Source of the DNA: Azolla caroliniana
Taxonomy: Eukaryota > Plantae > Polypodiophyta
DNA length: 64,000 nt
Reading direction: 5' to 3'
NCBI GenBank assembly: GCA_043228905.1
Contig: JBHGNT010000097.1
Location: forward strand, 27,971-91,970
This document shows, piece after piece, positions 1 through 12,422 of this stretch; the stretch's first letter is position 1, and every line of letters starts with the position of its first letter. The notes beneath the pieces were generated by a model. The model saw only the letters and a list, made by a program, of their open reading frames with translations, ran no database searches and was not told where the DNA came from. The translations under genes and the position numbers were made by a program.

Positions 1-1
1 G

Positions 2-67
2 GCAGGTCTCGCTCGGAAAATGTTGCTTGCGCAGGTCTCGCTCGGGAAATGTTGCTTGCGCAGGTCT
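2..67. repeat. 29-bp tandem repeat (about 2.3 copies, may continue left of the window)
   Basis: gcaggtctcgctcgg(a/g)aaatgttgcttgc at 2-30 and 31-59, partial copy at 60-67. Confidence 0.85.
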
Positions 68-2394
68 TAGGAGAATCGGGTGACGCTACAAATAAAGAAC
101 CAATGTATAAAAATAAGTCTTTTTGGGGAGTGGTACTCACTACTATAAATATATGTGTAATAACCTATATCTTTGGCGGTAGTAGTGGTGGAGGTAGCAG
201 TGACAGTAGCCCGTCTGCTAGTAGCATAATAGGTGAATCCAATCCCTTCTTATATCTATATAATTGGCTGAGACCTCCACATAACAGACTTAATTTACCG
301 CTTTAAACGAAATAGACTCTGTAAATTCAACAGGTAGAATAATGGAAAGCGCGTCGTATGCATTAGATTATCTGCTTCATAACAGCAACGAATTCTACAT
401 GTCAATTCAGTATCCTTTACAGCAAGCAACCTGAAAGGTTTTCTTTATTGAATTTGTATAAGATTGGTACATGAGCGCATTCAGCGTGGTATGCGGCTAG
501 ATACCAGGCCTTCAGAAAGCGAAATTAACACTATTGTGGGTGGAAAGATTATTATCTTTTAATAGCAGGGAATCATCATTATTGGGTATTTCAGACACTC
601 ACTGAAATTTATTTACAAATTAATTCCTATCTTACTGCATCTGATATACCTCCAATAACTACTATTAGAAACAACGGAATGCATACTGTTCTATATCCTG
701 CCTGAAAGTTATTCAGTTTCAGTCATAAATCGTCCATCGCTATTAACCAATAGTAGTGAGAGTGACAGTGATATTATACCTCCCAACAGGTTTACGTGGA
801 AAATACAAATCTTCTTACCACTGACAGTGCTGATGAGGTTCTTGTACCTCCCGTTGATCAAAACATGTCGAAACACAAACTGAAGAAAGGCCAACTGATG
901 CCGAAACACAAACTGATACAGACCTATCTCGTAGGGGAAGTCGCCGTTCTTCGACGACAGAAAGAAGCAGCGACAGATGAAAATCTAGCTTCAACTGCCT
1001 TCTCCGCCCGGTTACATAGTTATACTGCATATGATAATCCTCTTATGGATGATCCTTTTATAAATGATGAATAAGAATATCACCATGAACCACTTTCTTC
1101 GCCGCCGAACACTACCACCACCTCAAAAAAATTCTGAGATTAGCTGCTTTCCTTTCGCGCAGGCAGGCAGTAATGGTGAAAGAGAGTCCTCCCCGCTACA
1201 TCAGCATGCCGAATCTGCTGCGACAATGAAGCCCACAGTGCAGAGTTTTTTTCATTTCTATGCTATTCTATAAATTAATATTGAAAGCCGCAGTCTAATC
1301 TTTTAGAGGATGGATGGGTAAACGTCTCAGGTTCAATCGTTGATTTCTGCCTAGGAAATGGCATTGGATGAAGAGTTCAATCCTGCTTCACTCTGCTGCG
1401 GTTCTTCCCACGCACGCTGAACCCGTTCTTCACGTAGTGTCGATGCAGACATTTTTGCCTGCCGAGTAGCTGCATCATGCAATTTTGTTTTTGTTTTGGC
1501 GGGCGGTCTTCGCATTAGACTGATCTTTCGATGCAGCGAGATCCCGCCCACCAACTCTGCTTGCTGGGAGAGCAGCACCTGTCTTAACGGTTACGGCTAG
1601 AGGGTCCAATCCTTTTCAATATGTCGTCTACGCAAGCAGACAAGAACAATTATTCTATCAACCTCCCGCAACTAATAAAGTTGTTAAAGAAGAAACAATG
1701 CAGCAGCTCTATCTATTATAAAGCATTGCTTTAAAGAGTCTAATCTGCCGGCCGTTAGGATGGATGGGTAAACGCCCAATCGTTGATTTCTGCCTAGGAA
1801 ATGATGAATAGATTTTGAGGCATGTTTCAATCCTGTTCCTTCCTTCCTCTCTGCAACTTATTTATCAAGTCAAGGAGGAGTGCCCTTACTTATATTATAT
1901 TCTTCACTTATCTTCGATGTTGTTGGAGTAGCATAATGCTGCGAGTCGGCGTTCTTCGCAGGCAGTAGCTTGATCCTTTTTTTTCGATGTAACTTTGATG
2001 TCGTTGTTGGCCTGTGCAGCGACTATGCCACCAGTACATTCCGTGAACTGCTGCTTGCTGTTTTAGACCATTATCCTCTTCTTTATGGGTTGTCTTCCAA
2101 AGATCTTCTTCTTTGTTTTTGACCATTTTATATAATTGAAGTTATTCTTTTTTCTGTAGCTTTTCGAAGAACTTTGGAAGCTCAAGCTGTAACATTTCTT
2201 CGATTGTCGTGCGTTTTAATCGCTCAATACATTTTCTTCGAGCTTCTGTATTTTCTCTTGTAACATCTTCTTTTCACGACGTTGTAACACTTCTTCACGA
2301 CTCGTAGCTTTCCTCTTCTTGCGCTTCTGCGGCGTAGGTTCTACAGCTGCTACTTTATTAGGTGAAGCCACGGGACGGGTTGGTTCTTCAACCT

Positions 2395-4520
2395 TTCTTT
2401 TTAGGGTTTGTATCTACCCACAGCCCATCCTTGAATACCAATTATCTCTTGCTTGCTTGAGAGAGGGATCAATACCCACATTAAGCATCATTTCTTTGCG
2501 GTAAATGCTGACTGAGATCTTTCCAATTTATATGAAAGTTAGCTGTTAGAAGGTTTGTACTCGTTCAAGGTTTTGATATTGTTCCTCGCTTAAAATTTAC
2601 CAATTTCTTGGCTGCACCTTTGTATCTTACCATATCACCATCCTCAATTTTAAATGCATAACATTTAGGTGCTAAGAAATAACCCTCTATTACTTTTTTA
2701 TATTCAAGCTTAAATTTACCCAACTCGAAGATACTAACTCCGGAGGCAACGGTTTGTCTAGTACTACAGAGTCTGTATCGGTATAGTAGGAACCCGGGAA
2801 ATATAGGGATACATGTGTATTCGAGCATATGCTGTTATTGCTGCCGACATCTGTACAGCTGAGGAAGAGCCGGCGTTCCGTGAGTCCATCCAATGAATCA
2901 TCGATCTAAATGAATCGTCTTTACAATCCTCATTTCTCAGTTTCTGCTGCATTTGTGTTGTATAAGTCAATATATAATGCGTATTATTTATAGCTTCAGC
3001 TATACCATATGGATATATTGACATTATCTTGTCAAGTCTTTCTTGATCACAGATCTCTGTTATATTCATTTCTGGTTTTATACCAAACCTTCCGTACAGA
3101 GAGTTCATTGTCAATTTGTGCAGAGATGACGTCACCATGTCGCCTCTCTTTTTTGCTTCCTGCCTCTCTTTATATATCTCGCTTACAAATTCAATAAAAG
3201 TTTCTTTCCTTTCAAATAAATACCCATGCTTAACTTCTACTTTGTAACCCAATCTTATAGCATATTTTAACTCTTCCGTAAAGTAGACGCCTGTAAACGT
3301 CCCTGTAGGAAATATGTTCCCTTGTAATGTAAGGATCTTTATAGGGTAGTAATGGTATTTTAATTGTATCAGGGCATTCGCTTCCACAAAGCAGCCAAAT
3401 AGATGCTCCATATCGCTGCCTGACAAGTCTCCATACAGGTTTTCCCCCTGGCATAGGCTTTGTCATTACGTAAGGGTATAACGAGTTCACGTCATAATAA
3501 TACATTTCCTTACCATACGGCTTGTATACATCAGTGTGGCCACCAACCCAACCTCGCTCGTCGAATAAATGATGCTTTGTTAGCATCAGGCCTGTATATT
3601 GGATATGCTTTTGGATAGTAGTGAGTACGATAGATCTTCATTGCCATCGACGACACTGTCAGACATTTCGTTATATCTATACTAAACCGATCCCAGCAAG
3701 CAAGCAGTATTTTTCTTATACTTTGCTTAAGCACTCCAGCTAATATCATTATATCCTGTTTTAGATACTTTATTAATTCATATTGTTTATCTCTAATATT
3801 TAACTTGTTCGATTCTTTATGCGGAATTGAACCTTTACTACTCAGCTCTGGACGCATTGTCTCAGCTAGAGATTTCAACGAAGGTAATAGTTTTAGAGAG
3901 TCCCGTATATATAATAGCGGTGTTTTCAGTTTCTTTTTATCATATATAATAATTTGATCTATTTGATGTTCTCTAATTCTAGTTTTTAATATTATATTAG
4001 GTTGGATAACTAAATATTTCAATAGCAAGATGCCGTCAAATCGAGACAGATTATGACAATATACCTGCTCAAAAAATGAATAAATTATTAAACGGGCGGG
4101 CGGTTGCTGAGCACGTTAGCTCTTCTCTCCTATTCAAATATTTAGTGCCGCTACTAACACAATTAGTCATATTGAGGGTTTTTAGGAAATGGAAGAGCGG
4201 GCGGCTAACGTTTCTTTTCTTTAACGCCCTTCCGTTCCGTTCACTACGCGAGCGGAGTGATAAGAGCCCGCTCGTGAGGCGAATAGCAAAAAGTGCTTCC
4301 ATTTCTACCTTAGTTTCTGCACGAAAAGACACACAGCTTGCCTACGTTCACTCCAAGTATACTCCGTTTTCATTACAGAAACGTATTATGCTAAGATTTC
4401 CCATCAAAATCTGATTATACCCATGTTCTGGAAGTTTTTAGATTGTGTAAAACCATTTTAGTTCTAGGGGCACCCTCCAACTCACTTGAAAGTGTCAAAT
4501 TAGCTACAGAGAATCCTCGT
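2395..4520 (-). pseudogene. dpoB: Frameshifted protein-primed family B DNA polymerase of mitochondrial linear-plasmid type
   Basis: Ordered motifs across shifted frames: ExoII VYCHNLSRFDG (~4030-4066), YIRDSLKLLP, YYYDVNSLYP, KLTMNSLYGRFG, SAAITAYARIHM, YYTDTDS, FLAPKCY, terminal WVDTNP. Ends approximate. Confidence 0.9.
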
Positions 4521-7353
4521 GGTTAAAAACGCATAAAGACGTGAAGTGGAGCTTTGACCAAAAAATTGTTTTAATTTAACAAATCTTTACTAAGCTAAGA
4601 GTCAGAGAGAAAAGCGTACGTCACTCACTTAGCATAGAGCGTTTTGTGAGGGCACATTATGTACAAACTTTTGGAGAAACTCAGTATGATTATCTCCCCC
4701 TATTACCTAGTCGAAATATGAAGAAACTCTATTGAATTCCATTTCTCAATGGCCACAACTTTCTTGTCAAAGGAACTTCCGTAATTGAAAGAGAATTCTG
4801 AGACTCTTGCGCATCTTTGAGAGTTCAAAGTAATTATCATCACTTCAGCCAACACAGAAGGGGAGACTTATTTCTCATGGAGCGGCTTTAAGAAAAGTGC
4901 AGGGAAGGCAAAGTGAAATATGATGACCAGGGCTATATTGAATTCTGCATATATTACTCCTACAATTGCACGCAACGTCTTTGGTTTGGAAAACAAATAG
5001 GTTGTACCAGGATGGGGGCTTAATGAATGGTTGGATAAGTGAAGGCACCGCACGTTACTATTGAATAAATGGTGAATAAATGGCTTCTGTAGTGTTTTTC
5101 TCTTCAGGTAATGGAATGTATACGTCGGGGCGGGGTCCGCCCCCGCCCACGCCCAAGACGTAAGATGATGATCCGCCTTGCCGATGGCCGTTCCGCTCCC
5201 GGTTAGTTATTGGCGAGAGGCAGTAACTAACCGAGCGAGAGATTATCAACAGGTTTCATTTCCGATCCGAAAATATTGTTTAAAACAGTAATTTCCTGAA
5301 GAGTATGAATAATAGAATAAGCAATATGATTCACATTTCAATACGGATAAGGGCTCCACCAAGAGATTGTTTTTTTTTCCATCGCACTAAACTAAAAAGG
5401 AATCGTTGACGTTAGCCTTAGTTCCCCTTTGGCCTCTTCAGTGCCAGTCTTAGATTGAATTTGCTGCAAGAGCGATAGACCTGTAAATTCCCCAAAGACC
5501 TACAGTGAGCTGTGTATTCCTCCTAACAGAAGAGCTACCTTCTTGTAGTTCTTGTAGAAGGTATACCTTACCCAGATTGCAGTAGTTCTATCCCAGAAAA
5601 AGCCGGCACCTTCATTCATGGTGCTTGAAGAAACAGCAAGCAGGTTAATCCGTAAACGTTAGTCACAAGGGGTACAGGAGTGATGTCACGGGAATTGATG
5701 ATAAGTATGCAGGTTCCAGCTAAGCTAACGTAGCAGTTGGTGGTCCTCGTATCGATAGATCTCGCCCTCTATTTCTATCTGTTGGTGGCTTCTTGGCTGT
5801 TCTCGCAGCTTCTCAACAGCTGGCGTGGGTTCTCTACAACCTGTTGTTTTTGTTGCTTCCTTGCAGTCCGTTCCTGTTGGTCGAATGGCTGCTTTAGTCT
5901 TGTTGTTCAAGAACGGCGGCTCTGCTGAGGAAATCAACGATCGGACTATTATTCCTCAAAGACCTTTCGCCAATTGATCCAGAATCGATTTGACAAACAA
6001 AATAGGCCAATCGTTGATTTGAGCATGTCTTAGATTGAACTTGTTGCAGGTTCGATAAGGGTAAGCGGATTCCCGGCGCGCGCGCGCGGCGGAAGAAACC
6101 TAGCGAAGACTTCCCTGGCTCTGTCATTCTGATTGGACTGTAGATGATTAAACCATATATTTGAATCTACCAAATTTCTTCTAGATCGTTCGTTTTAGAT
6201 GGTATGATTGGCTACCGGGTTCCCTGCCAATGATGTTATAGATACGGAAGTTGCCCTCTTAATGAGTATAGAAATCGTTTTCAGTGGGAAAATAGCGCTA
6301 ACATTATATTCGGTCGTACCGCTGGTTCCCTGTTCTACAGGGGTTTCTCGGCTTTACAGTCTCTCTCGTGACCCTACTATGAAAAACACGCCGCAGATTA
6401 GCCATGAAAAAGACGACATGTGCTACAACAAATCATCCTTTCAGAATGACACAACTTTGGTTTGGCCAAATCCTGTCCTGCGGGACTAAAATCTGCAAAA
6501 TAAAAAAGTAGTTTTCGCTCGTTATATTCGCTAGGCCCGCATTCTGCATAGTAACATTCGTTTCTTCCAAAACAAAGCATACGCTTTGGACGTATTTGCG
6601 GAACATTTAGGGTTTTCTTTTCTGATTTTTTTCAATCTAGCCTTTTGTTCAACAACTCTTTCTTTTTGGTTCACTAATCCGTCATCCTCCTCAAAGTCTA
6701 AATCATAGCGATCCTACGGATCAAGCTCTAGTACATCGTCATCAATTTCTGTACTTTGTGAAGTGTCTATAGCGGTGTCTACGTAGTAATCATACTCGTC
6801 ATGGGAGGTTGAGCCGTAAATTGCTTATCTCACGCAGCATGAAAATGAAGGGTTTTCGATGAAGCGGTTCATGCGGTCGGGCGGGGGTTTCTGTATCTCG
6901 ATGTCATTTAAAAAATCCAAGTGCGCACGCAGGCAGGCAGTTTAACCAACTTAGACTACAATCCACGACACCGCTTTCTCCGGCCGGAATCTCCATCAAC
7001 GCAATGATCAACATCCTCCATGCCCTTCGTGACAGCAAGCAACACTGACTCTTGACTCAGATTCTTTGTTTGCCGTGATCCCCTTTTTGCAAAATAAAAT
7101 ATACCCCCTTTCCCCCCAATAATTGAGATAGTCGTCGTTTTTGCTTCCAACACTATGGATGGTTAGAATGTATACAGCCTGTAGCTGTTGTACTGCTCGT
7201 AGCCCTCGTTACGTTATTTTGTGCCGCTTCATCGTTGAGTCTTCTTGCCCAACCTTTTCGTTAGTAGTGTTTGCAGTAATGGGTGTAATCTCCCGCCAGG
7301 TCTCCGGTTTCACTTCCGCTGCTGTAATGACATGTGCCCATTCTTCCGCCCGC

Positions 7354-7394
<41 letters not shown>

Positions 7395-8115
7395 AAGGGG
7401 AACTCCAAAGAGGCAAAGAATTAGCAATGCCCACAGCCTCGGTAGCGTAGCAGGATCTTCCAGTGAGTGTTGAATAAGCAAAATATACGAGGCCATTGGA
7501 CCTCATCAAACTCTTTTGCGACACCTTTTCGTTCGACTAAACAAATCAGCGAGACCGTGCTGCTGCTGCGTGGGACCTCAAACAGTTGCCTGATACTTCA
7601 GGCGTGTAAATAAGAAAATCCAAATAACAATTGTTACGTTTATAGCCTATAACTGGCTTGATCCGGCTTTCTTTCTTGGGCGAGGCCCGAAAGAAAAGAA
7701 AAGAAAAGAAAAGAAGCCGTTTAAAGTCTGACAGACTGTAAAAGAGTAAGTATTAGCCATGGTGATTCTATTTTGTTCTTCTTAATATATTAAAAGTTAT
7801 TACTTCGGAAACGGTAGAGCCTCTAGCAAGCCGGTGGTGCAAGCGAATAAGGTGAATGGGACCCTACTTTTCTATCGGGAGTATTTCGTTTTATGAAAAA
7901 ACCTCATAAAGCCCGTATATGCCCGGGTTCATATATCAAAATAAACCCTAATCTTGGCTCGGAAAGTCGAAGCGGGAAGTGGCCGAATGAAAAAAGCGTT
8001 TGATTTCAGTAAATCCGCTTTCAAAAGAGAGATTCGAATCGTATCTCCTCCCTTAATGCCAAAGTATACTTCGTATTCAAGAAGGAAAAACGAAGTGCAA
8101 TGAGTTTAATGGTGC

Positions 8116-8418
8116 TCGACCTTTCATGCGATTAGGAAATTCCACGGCAATGGTCCCGCGAATTCGAGAAGTTACCACCGGAATGGCCAGCCCAATTGCG
8201 AATTCCGCAACTGCCACCGTTAACACTAGTAAAGTGAGTGATTAACCCATCATATCATCCGAATAGACAGAAAATACCGGAGAGTTCAAATTGACAGCCA
8301 ATAACATTAACTCAATTAGCGTCGGCATAATAGTAATATTCCTTCTATTTGAGAGAATTCCCTGAATACCTGAAAGAGAGGAAATCATGGAAAATGTCAA
8401 ATATTTGACCAGATCCGT
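8116..8418 (-). CDS. nad4L: NADH dehydrogenase subunit 4L (edited: ACG start, internal TAA>CAA, CGA>UGA stop)
   Basis: Reverse complement reads ACG GAT CTG GTC AAA TAT...[11 protein letters not shown]...DDMMG(TAA)...AIGLAI...[10 protein letters not shown]...AAA GGT CGA; 101 codons. Confidence 0.95.
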
Positions 8419-8638
8419 AAGAAAAAGTCTTTCTTCGTTTCATAAAAATCGTAGTGAGATTGGTTCTTTATAATCATGGCTGTTTAAAAAGAAGTGAAAA
8501 GGGGCAAGTAATCCCATATACCAATATAGCGAAAAGTGACCGAAGCATGATGCAGGTTCGGTTGAAAGGAAGAACCCGCTAGCCCGCCCTGAACAAGGGC
8601 AAAGCATTCCGTAGGTATATAATCTAATGTGCACTTTC

Positions 8639-8712
8639 CGCATCCTACAGGACTTGAACCTGTGACCTTCAACTTAGAAGGTTGTTGCTCTATCCGACTG
8701 AGCTAAGGATGC
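8639..8712 (-). tRNA. trnR: tRNA-Arg(UCU)
   Basis: GCATCCT/AGGATGC acceptor stem, anticodon loop CTTCTAA, T-loop GGTTCAAGTCC. Confidence 0.95.
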
Positions 8713-8733
8713 TGTGCATTACAAACACTTCTA

Positions 8734-8774
8734 GGCTTTTCAGTTAAGTCAGGTAAAACTTGCTTGCCTTTTCG
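8734..8774 (-). repeat. 41-bp perfect inverted repeat, copy 1 (breakpoint of atp1i361g2)
   Basis: Reverse complement cgaaaaggcaagcaagttttacctgacttaactgaaaagcc is identical to 38274-38314 (+). Confidence 0.95.
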
Positions 8775-9394
8775 TTATTCTGTTTCGAACTCCGGGCATG
8801 ACAAATGCATAGGCTCCTTCCCGTTTTCTACTTGGCATTCACCAAGTGCCGGTTCCGCCTTAGGAGGGTAGGCAGGTGGTATGGGCCCTCTGACTTCTTT
8901 CCGGGGCTTTCCTCCCGCCGAAGATCTCGCCGGTTTTACCTGCGGATGGTTGGGACCATAATAAGATAAGAGTTGAAAGGTCCCACTTTGCTTGGCTTGC
9001 CGGGATGTCGTTCAGTCTTCCGTCCCCAATAGAATAGATAGGTAATCCGCTCTCATGCTTGCTGTAAACTTTCGTTTACGGGCGGGAGAAGTGGCACTCA
9101 ATCGGGCCTGACCATAATGTGCCTATAGCAGGCAGGGAGCATATCCGCGTCTATCTGGCAACACGTCGAACGAACGAATAGGGCATGGTCACCCGAAAAA
9201 GACTCCGATTTGCTGCTTTCGGCCTCATCTTTCACCAAACTACCGGGCTGCACGATGATTTTCATTCGTCCGCTTTGCCTTCAATCGTGCTTTCTTTTGC
9301 GACATGCTATGGTCTCGGCCTCCCTTCGCGGGTTCTGGTTAGTCTCATGCCTGTATGCAACCTTTTTCGACCGCAGATGATCTAACGGCCGCCC
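8734..9394 (-). other. 5' part of group II intron atp1i361g2
   Basis: Begins GGGCGGCCG immediately after ...GAT GGA AAA GGT G; no domain V before trnR. Confidence 0.88.
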
Positions 9395-9764
9395 CACCTT
9401 TTCCATCAATGAGTACTCCTAACGCATCAACTACACAACCCGGCATGGCCTTTCCTACAAGAACGTCCACAATAGATCCAGTGCGCTTGACCATATCTCC
9501 TTCTTTAATGGCGGTATCACTACCGGATATAACAATTCCTACATTCTCATTCTCAGAATTCGAAGCCATTCCTTTCACACCGCTGGCGAATTCTACCATT
9601 TCTCCTGCTTGAATCTTGTTCGATCCATAAACACGTGCAATTCCATCCCCAACCGATACCACTCAACCGATCTCATCCACTGGCAATTTGGTGTGATAGT
9701 TGGTAATTCTTTCTTCCGAGATAGTAGATGGTTATTCCGTTGCTCTAGCTTTAAACAATCTCGT
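9395..9764 (-). CDS. atp1: ATP synthase F1 alpha subunit, exon 1 (probable ACG start; exact start uncertain)
   Basis: [17 protein letters not shown](TGA=R)[13 protein letters not shown]...[17 protein letters not shown]...[13 protein letters not shown], ends in phase 1. Confidence 0.93.
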
Positions 9765-10411
9765 TCCCTTTCTCTTCCGTCGAATCCCTTTCCTCGGCAC
9801 TTTATACCCAGGGCAGTCTCCTGCATTCATGGCAGTTCCTAGCAAGAAAGAGATGGGAAAGGGAAGTAACCTCACGACGAGGTGAACCATGTCATTGATA
9901 TAGAGGGGAGGGATCGGACCTTCCCCCAGTGTTGGTTTGCATTATAAAGAAAGTAAGTTTTGACAGAATAGACTGGGTGAATGAAGCGCTAAAGCCGTGT
10001 ATCCGTAGCTATGCAGAGACGGAGAGAAATAGATATATACAACTGAAAGGTGAGGGACTACGCGGAGGGAGGGCATCCACATAGCTCTAAATCATAGGAT
10101 CAAATTCCAGAGTGAGCCCCGCAGTGCAACTACCTTTCGCGGAGCCGACTCTTTCGATCGATTGGCAAAAAAAAATGGATATTTGTCGTATGGAGAAATT
10201 GGATGAACGAATAGACGAGTAAGGTATTAACTAAACTGCAATTATTCTAATTTGAGTCGACTTTTTCCATTCCATCTCCCCGCTTCGCTGCTCTATTCGG
10301 GTTTATTCCTTCGCCTTGCTCGAGCCAAGCCTTCCATGACCTGCTGGGCTGTAGGACCAATCCAAACCTTCTGACGTTGGTGAGTAGAGACAAATAGCTC
10401 TATGGTGGTAT

Positions 10412-10843
10412 TTAGACACGACGTTTTTTAGGGGGTCAGCATCCATTATGTAGCATTGGGATTACGTCGTGAATTCTGATAGTAACAGGACCTCCCTCTT
10501 TTGAACTTTTCGGCGAAAATCCCTTTCTTACAAGACCAATTCCTTTTATTTTCACTTCAACTGACCTAATTTCGGGTTAAGTGGCAGCTTACGCGACACG
10601 TTCCGCAGTTGCTTAAGCTGCATACTTGTCCGAGCGACGGAAACCCTTAAACCCTCTTGAACAACCTGAGGAGGACCCTGTTCTTTCATCTCCCTTGCAA
10701 TTTATTATGATAATGAAAGTATTACTAAAAGTTGGTTAAGTATGGGCAATACCGTGGTGCTTTCTTGGCTTTTAGTGGTGTTTTCCCCATTTCTGTTAGC
10801 GGCGCGGCTACTATTACTAGTGTTCAGAAGGCTGCTTTTACAT
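10412..10843 (-). CDS. rps11: Ribosomal protein S11 (12 in-frame stops needing U-to-C editing)
   Basis: ATG TAA AAG...HHGIAH.(Q).TFSNT...SSSGC.RGFKG.RRS.KYAA...VEVKIKGIG...HNGC(TGA=R)PPKKRRV TAA. Confidence 0.9.
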
Positions 10844-10860
10844 AATTGTATTCTTCATTT

Positions 10861-11304
10861 CTATTCCTTCGGTTTCGTTTTCTTCCTGGCGTCTTGCCTT
10901 CTCTCATTTTTGTGAATGAAAAACGAATTATTCTTCTTTCGTTGATTGATTGAAACTTTTCTTGACTTGCGACAGATCTTAACATTGCTGTAGGTTCATT
11001 AACCACGTAATGGCAATCCTGCTTTGTGACGGAATCCGCGGTAACGGCTGATATTAATTAATCATTTGATATATTACTAAATTTCTCTCTTTAATTCCGA
11101 ATCAACTAGGAAATTGTTTCAACGTACTATTATGCTAATCTGGTCAATTTAGTGCCGAGTCAGATTACTAACCTTAGTGTTATCGCCGGGACCTGATTAA
11201 TCACAAACCCAAGTGGCTTTTTTGGGTCCAGTTCCGGAGATTTAGGTTGAGGCAAGTCTGACTTATTTATTGGAAACTGATTTGGTTCCTGGAATATATG
11301 ACGC
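10861..11304 (-). CDS. rps13: Ribosomal protein S13 (start position is GCG; 3' end either editable CAA at 10942-10944 or TAG at 10861-10863)
   Basis: (GCG)SYIPGTK..SNK(Q)VRLA.T(Q)I.G.GPKKA...YRGFRHKAGLPLRG(QR)T.SN. Confidence 0.9.
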
Positions 11305-11307
11305 GAT

Positions 11308-11607
11308 TTGTTTCTTTTCTCCTTGTTTTCTACGTATAATTTCATTTCAATATTTTATACCTCTTCCTTTATGAACTTCAGGGGGTTTACAATTTTTGAC
11401 GCTAACAGCGGATTAAGTAACTTTTCAGGGATCCGTTCCGGTACAACGAGTGATATTATGTTTCAAGCGGAAAACACAAACCGAAGGCGTGACCTAGAGT
11501 CAAATCTCATAGCTGAACCCTAGTTTTGAATCTGAAACAGAGCCTTATGGGTTAGTACTGACTTTGTATCCAATTGTTTACGAAGAACAAACGGATTAAG
11601 CTTCCGT
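11308..11607 (-). CDS. rpl6: Ribosomal protein L6 (ACG start, CAA>UAA stop predicted)
   Basis: ACG GAA GCT...IGYK.STNP(Q)GS...KLGFS.EI(R)L(Q)VT...KVT(Q)...CKPPEV.KGRGIKY(R)NEIIRRKQGEKK CAA; 100 codons. Confidence 0.92.
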
Positions 11608-12350
11608 AGACTTGACTTGATTTCGTTGTGGCTTCTTGTTCCGTTCTCGATATTCATGGCAGTTTTTTTGTTTGCGCTGGGATTACAGTATAATAATGAA
11701 AAGGTAGCTGCTTTCTTTGTCGACGCTTTGCGCTCAGCGGACGGAATGCGGGAAGACAGGTGCGTGCGTGCCGTGCCGTGCCGTGCCGTGCCGTGCCGTG
11801 CCGTGCCGCCGAAGGGGAGCAAGCTGCGAAACAGGGCGGGAAGCAGCCTAGTAGAGTAGTTGGATTGTTCATGCACTCACATGAACCCATTACTCGAGAT
11901 ATTTCGAAAGTGACGCCCAAAACTGAAACTCCTTACCTAGCACCAGTAACAGTCAATCCGTAACATTGCAGGATAATAAGCTGGGACCCGGAGATTCGTC
12001 TTTGGGTCGTAAAGGCGGCCAAAGCCAGCCACTAAGCAACGCTCTTTCAATGCTTTACGTTCGTTTTCCGGGCGAAGTCTGGTCTGATCTTACGACCTTC
12101 TAAGCTAAGCGTTAGATTTTACTAGCCTCTGTTCGGTCTGTAAGGTCAACTTGTGCCTGTAGCTCGAGCACCAAACTTCGAATCCGGGATAGTTCGAATC
12201 TCTCCGGGCATGGACCTATCGATGAGTCATCGAAGTCTCAAGTCAATAGTTCCAAGGGAACCGCAATGAAGTCTTCATTGCGGTTCTTCCCCCGAAAGCT
12301 ATAGCGCTTTCTCTACGGGGGAAGAACCGCACTCGGCTCTGGTTCCGCTG

Positions 12351-12422
12351 GCGGAAATAGCTTAATGGTAGAGTATAGCCTTGCCAAGGCTGGAGTTGAG
12401 GGTTCGAGTCCCTTTTTCCGCT
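12351..12422 (+). tRNA. trnG: tRNA-Gly(GCC), copy 1
   Basis: GCGGAAA/TTTCCGC stem, anticodon loop TTGCCAA, GGTTCGAGTCC. Confidence 0.95.

Noticed and set aside
7141-7524. ORFs containing ASKQASKQ, LLACLLAC, ARHGTARHG, FPFLSFPFLS and similar runs here and throughout the track
   Set aside because: They are translations of microsatellite arrays, not proteins.
7750-8110. Possible tatC (mttB) remnant downstream of nad4L
   Set aside because: Only short words (EEIRF, EPR) resemble tatC; not enough to call without a profile search.
11610-12240. rps8 expected upstream of rpl6
   Set aside because: No convincing rps8 motifs in any frame.
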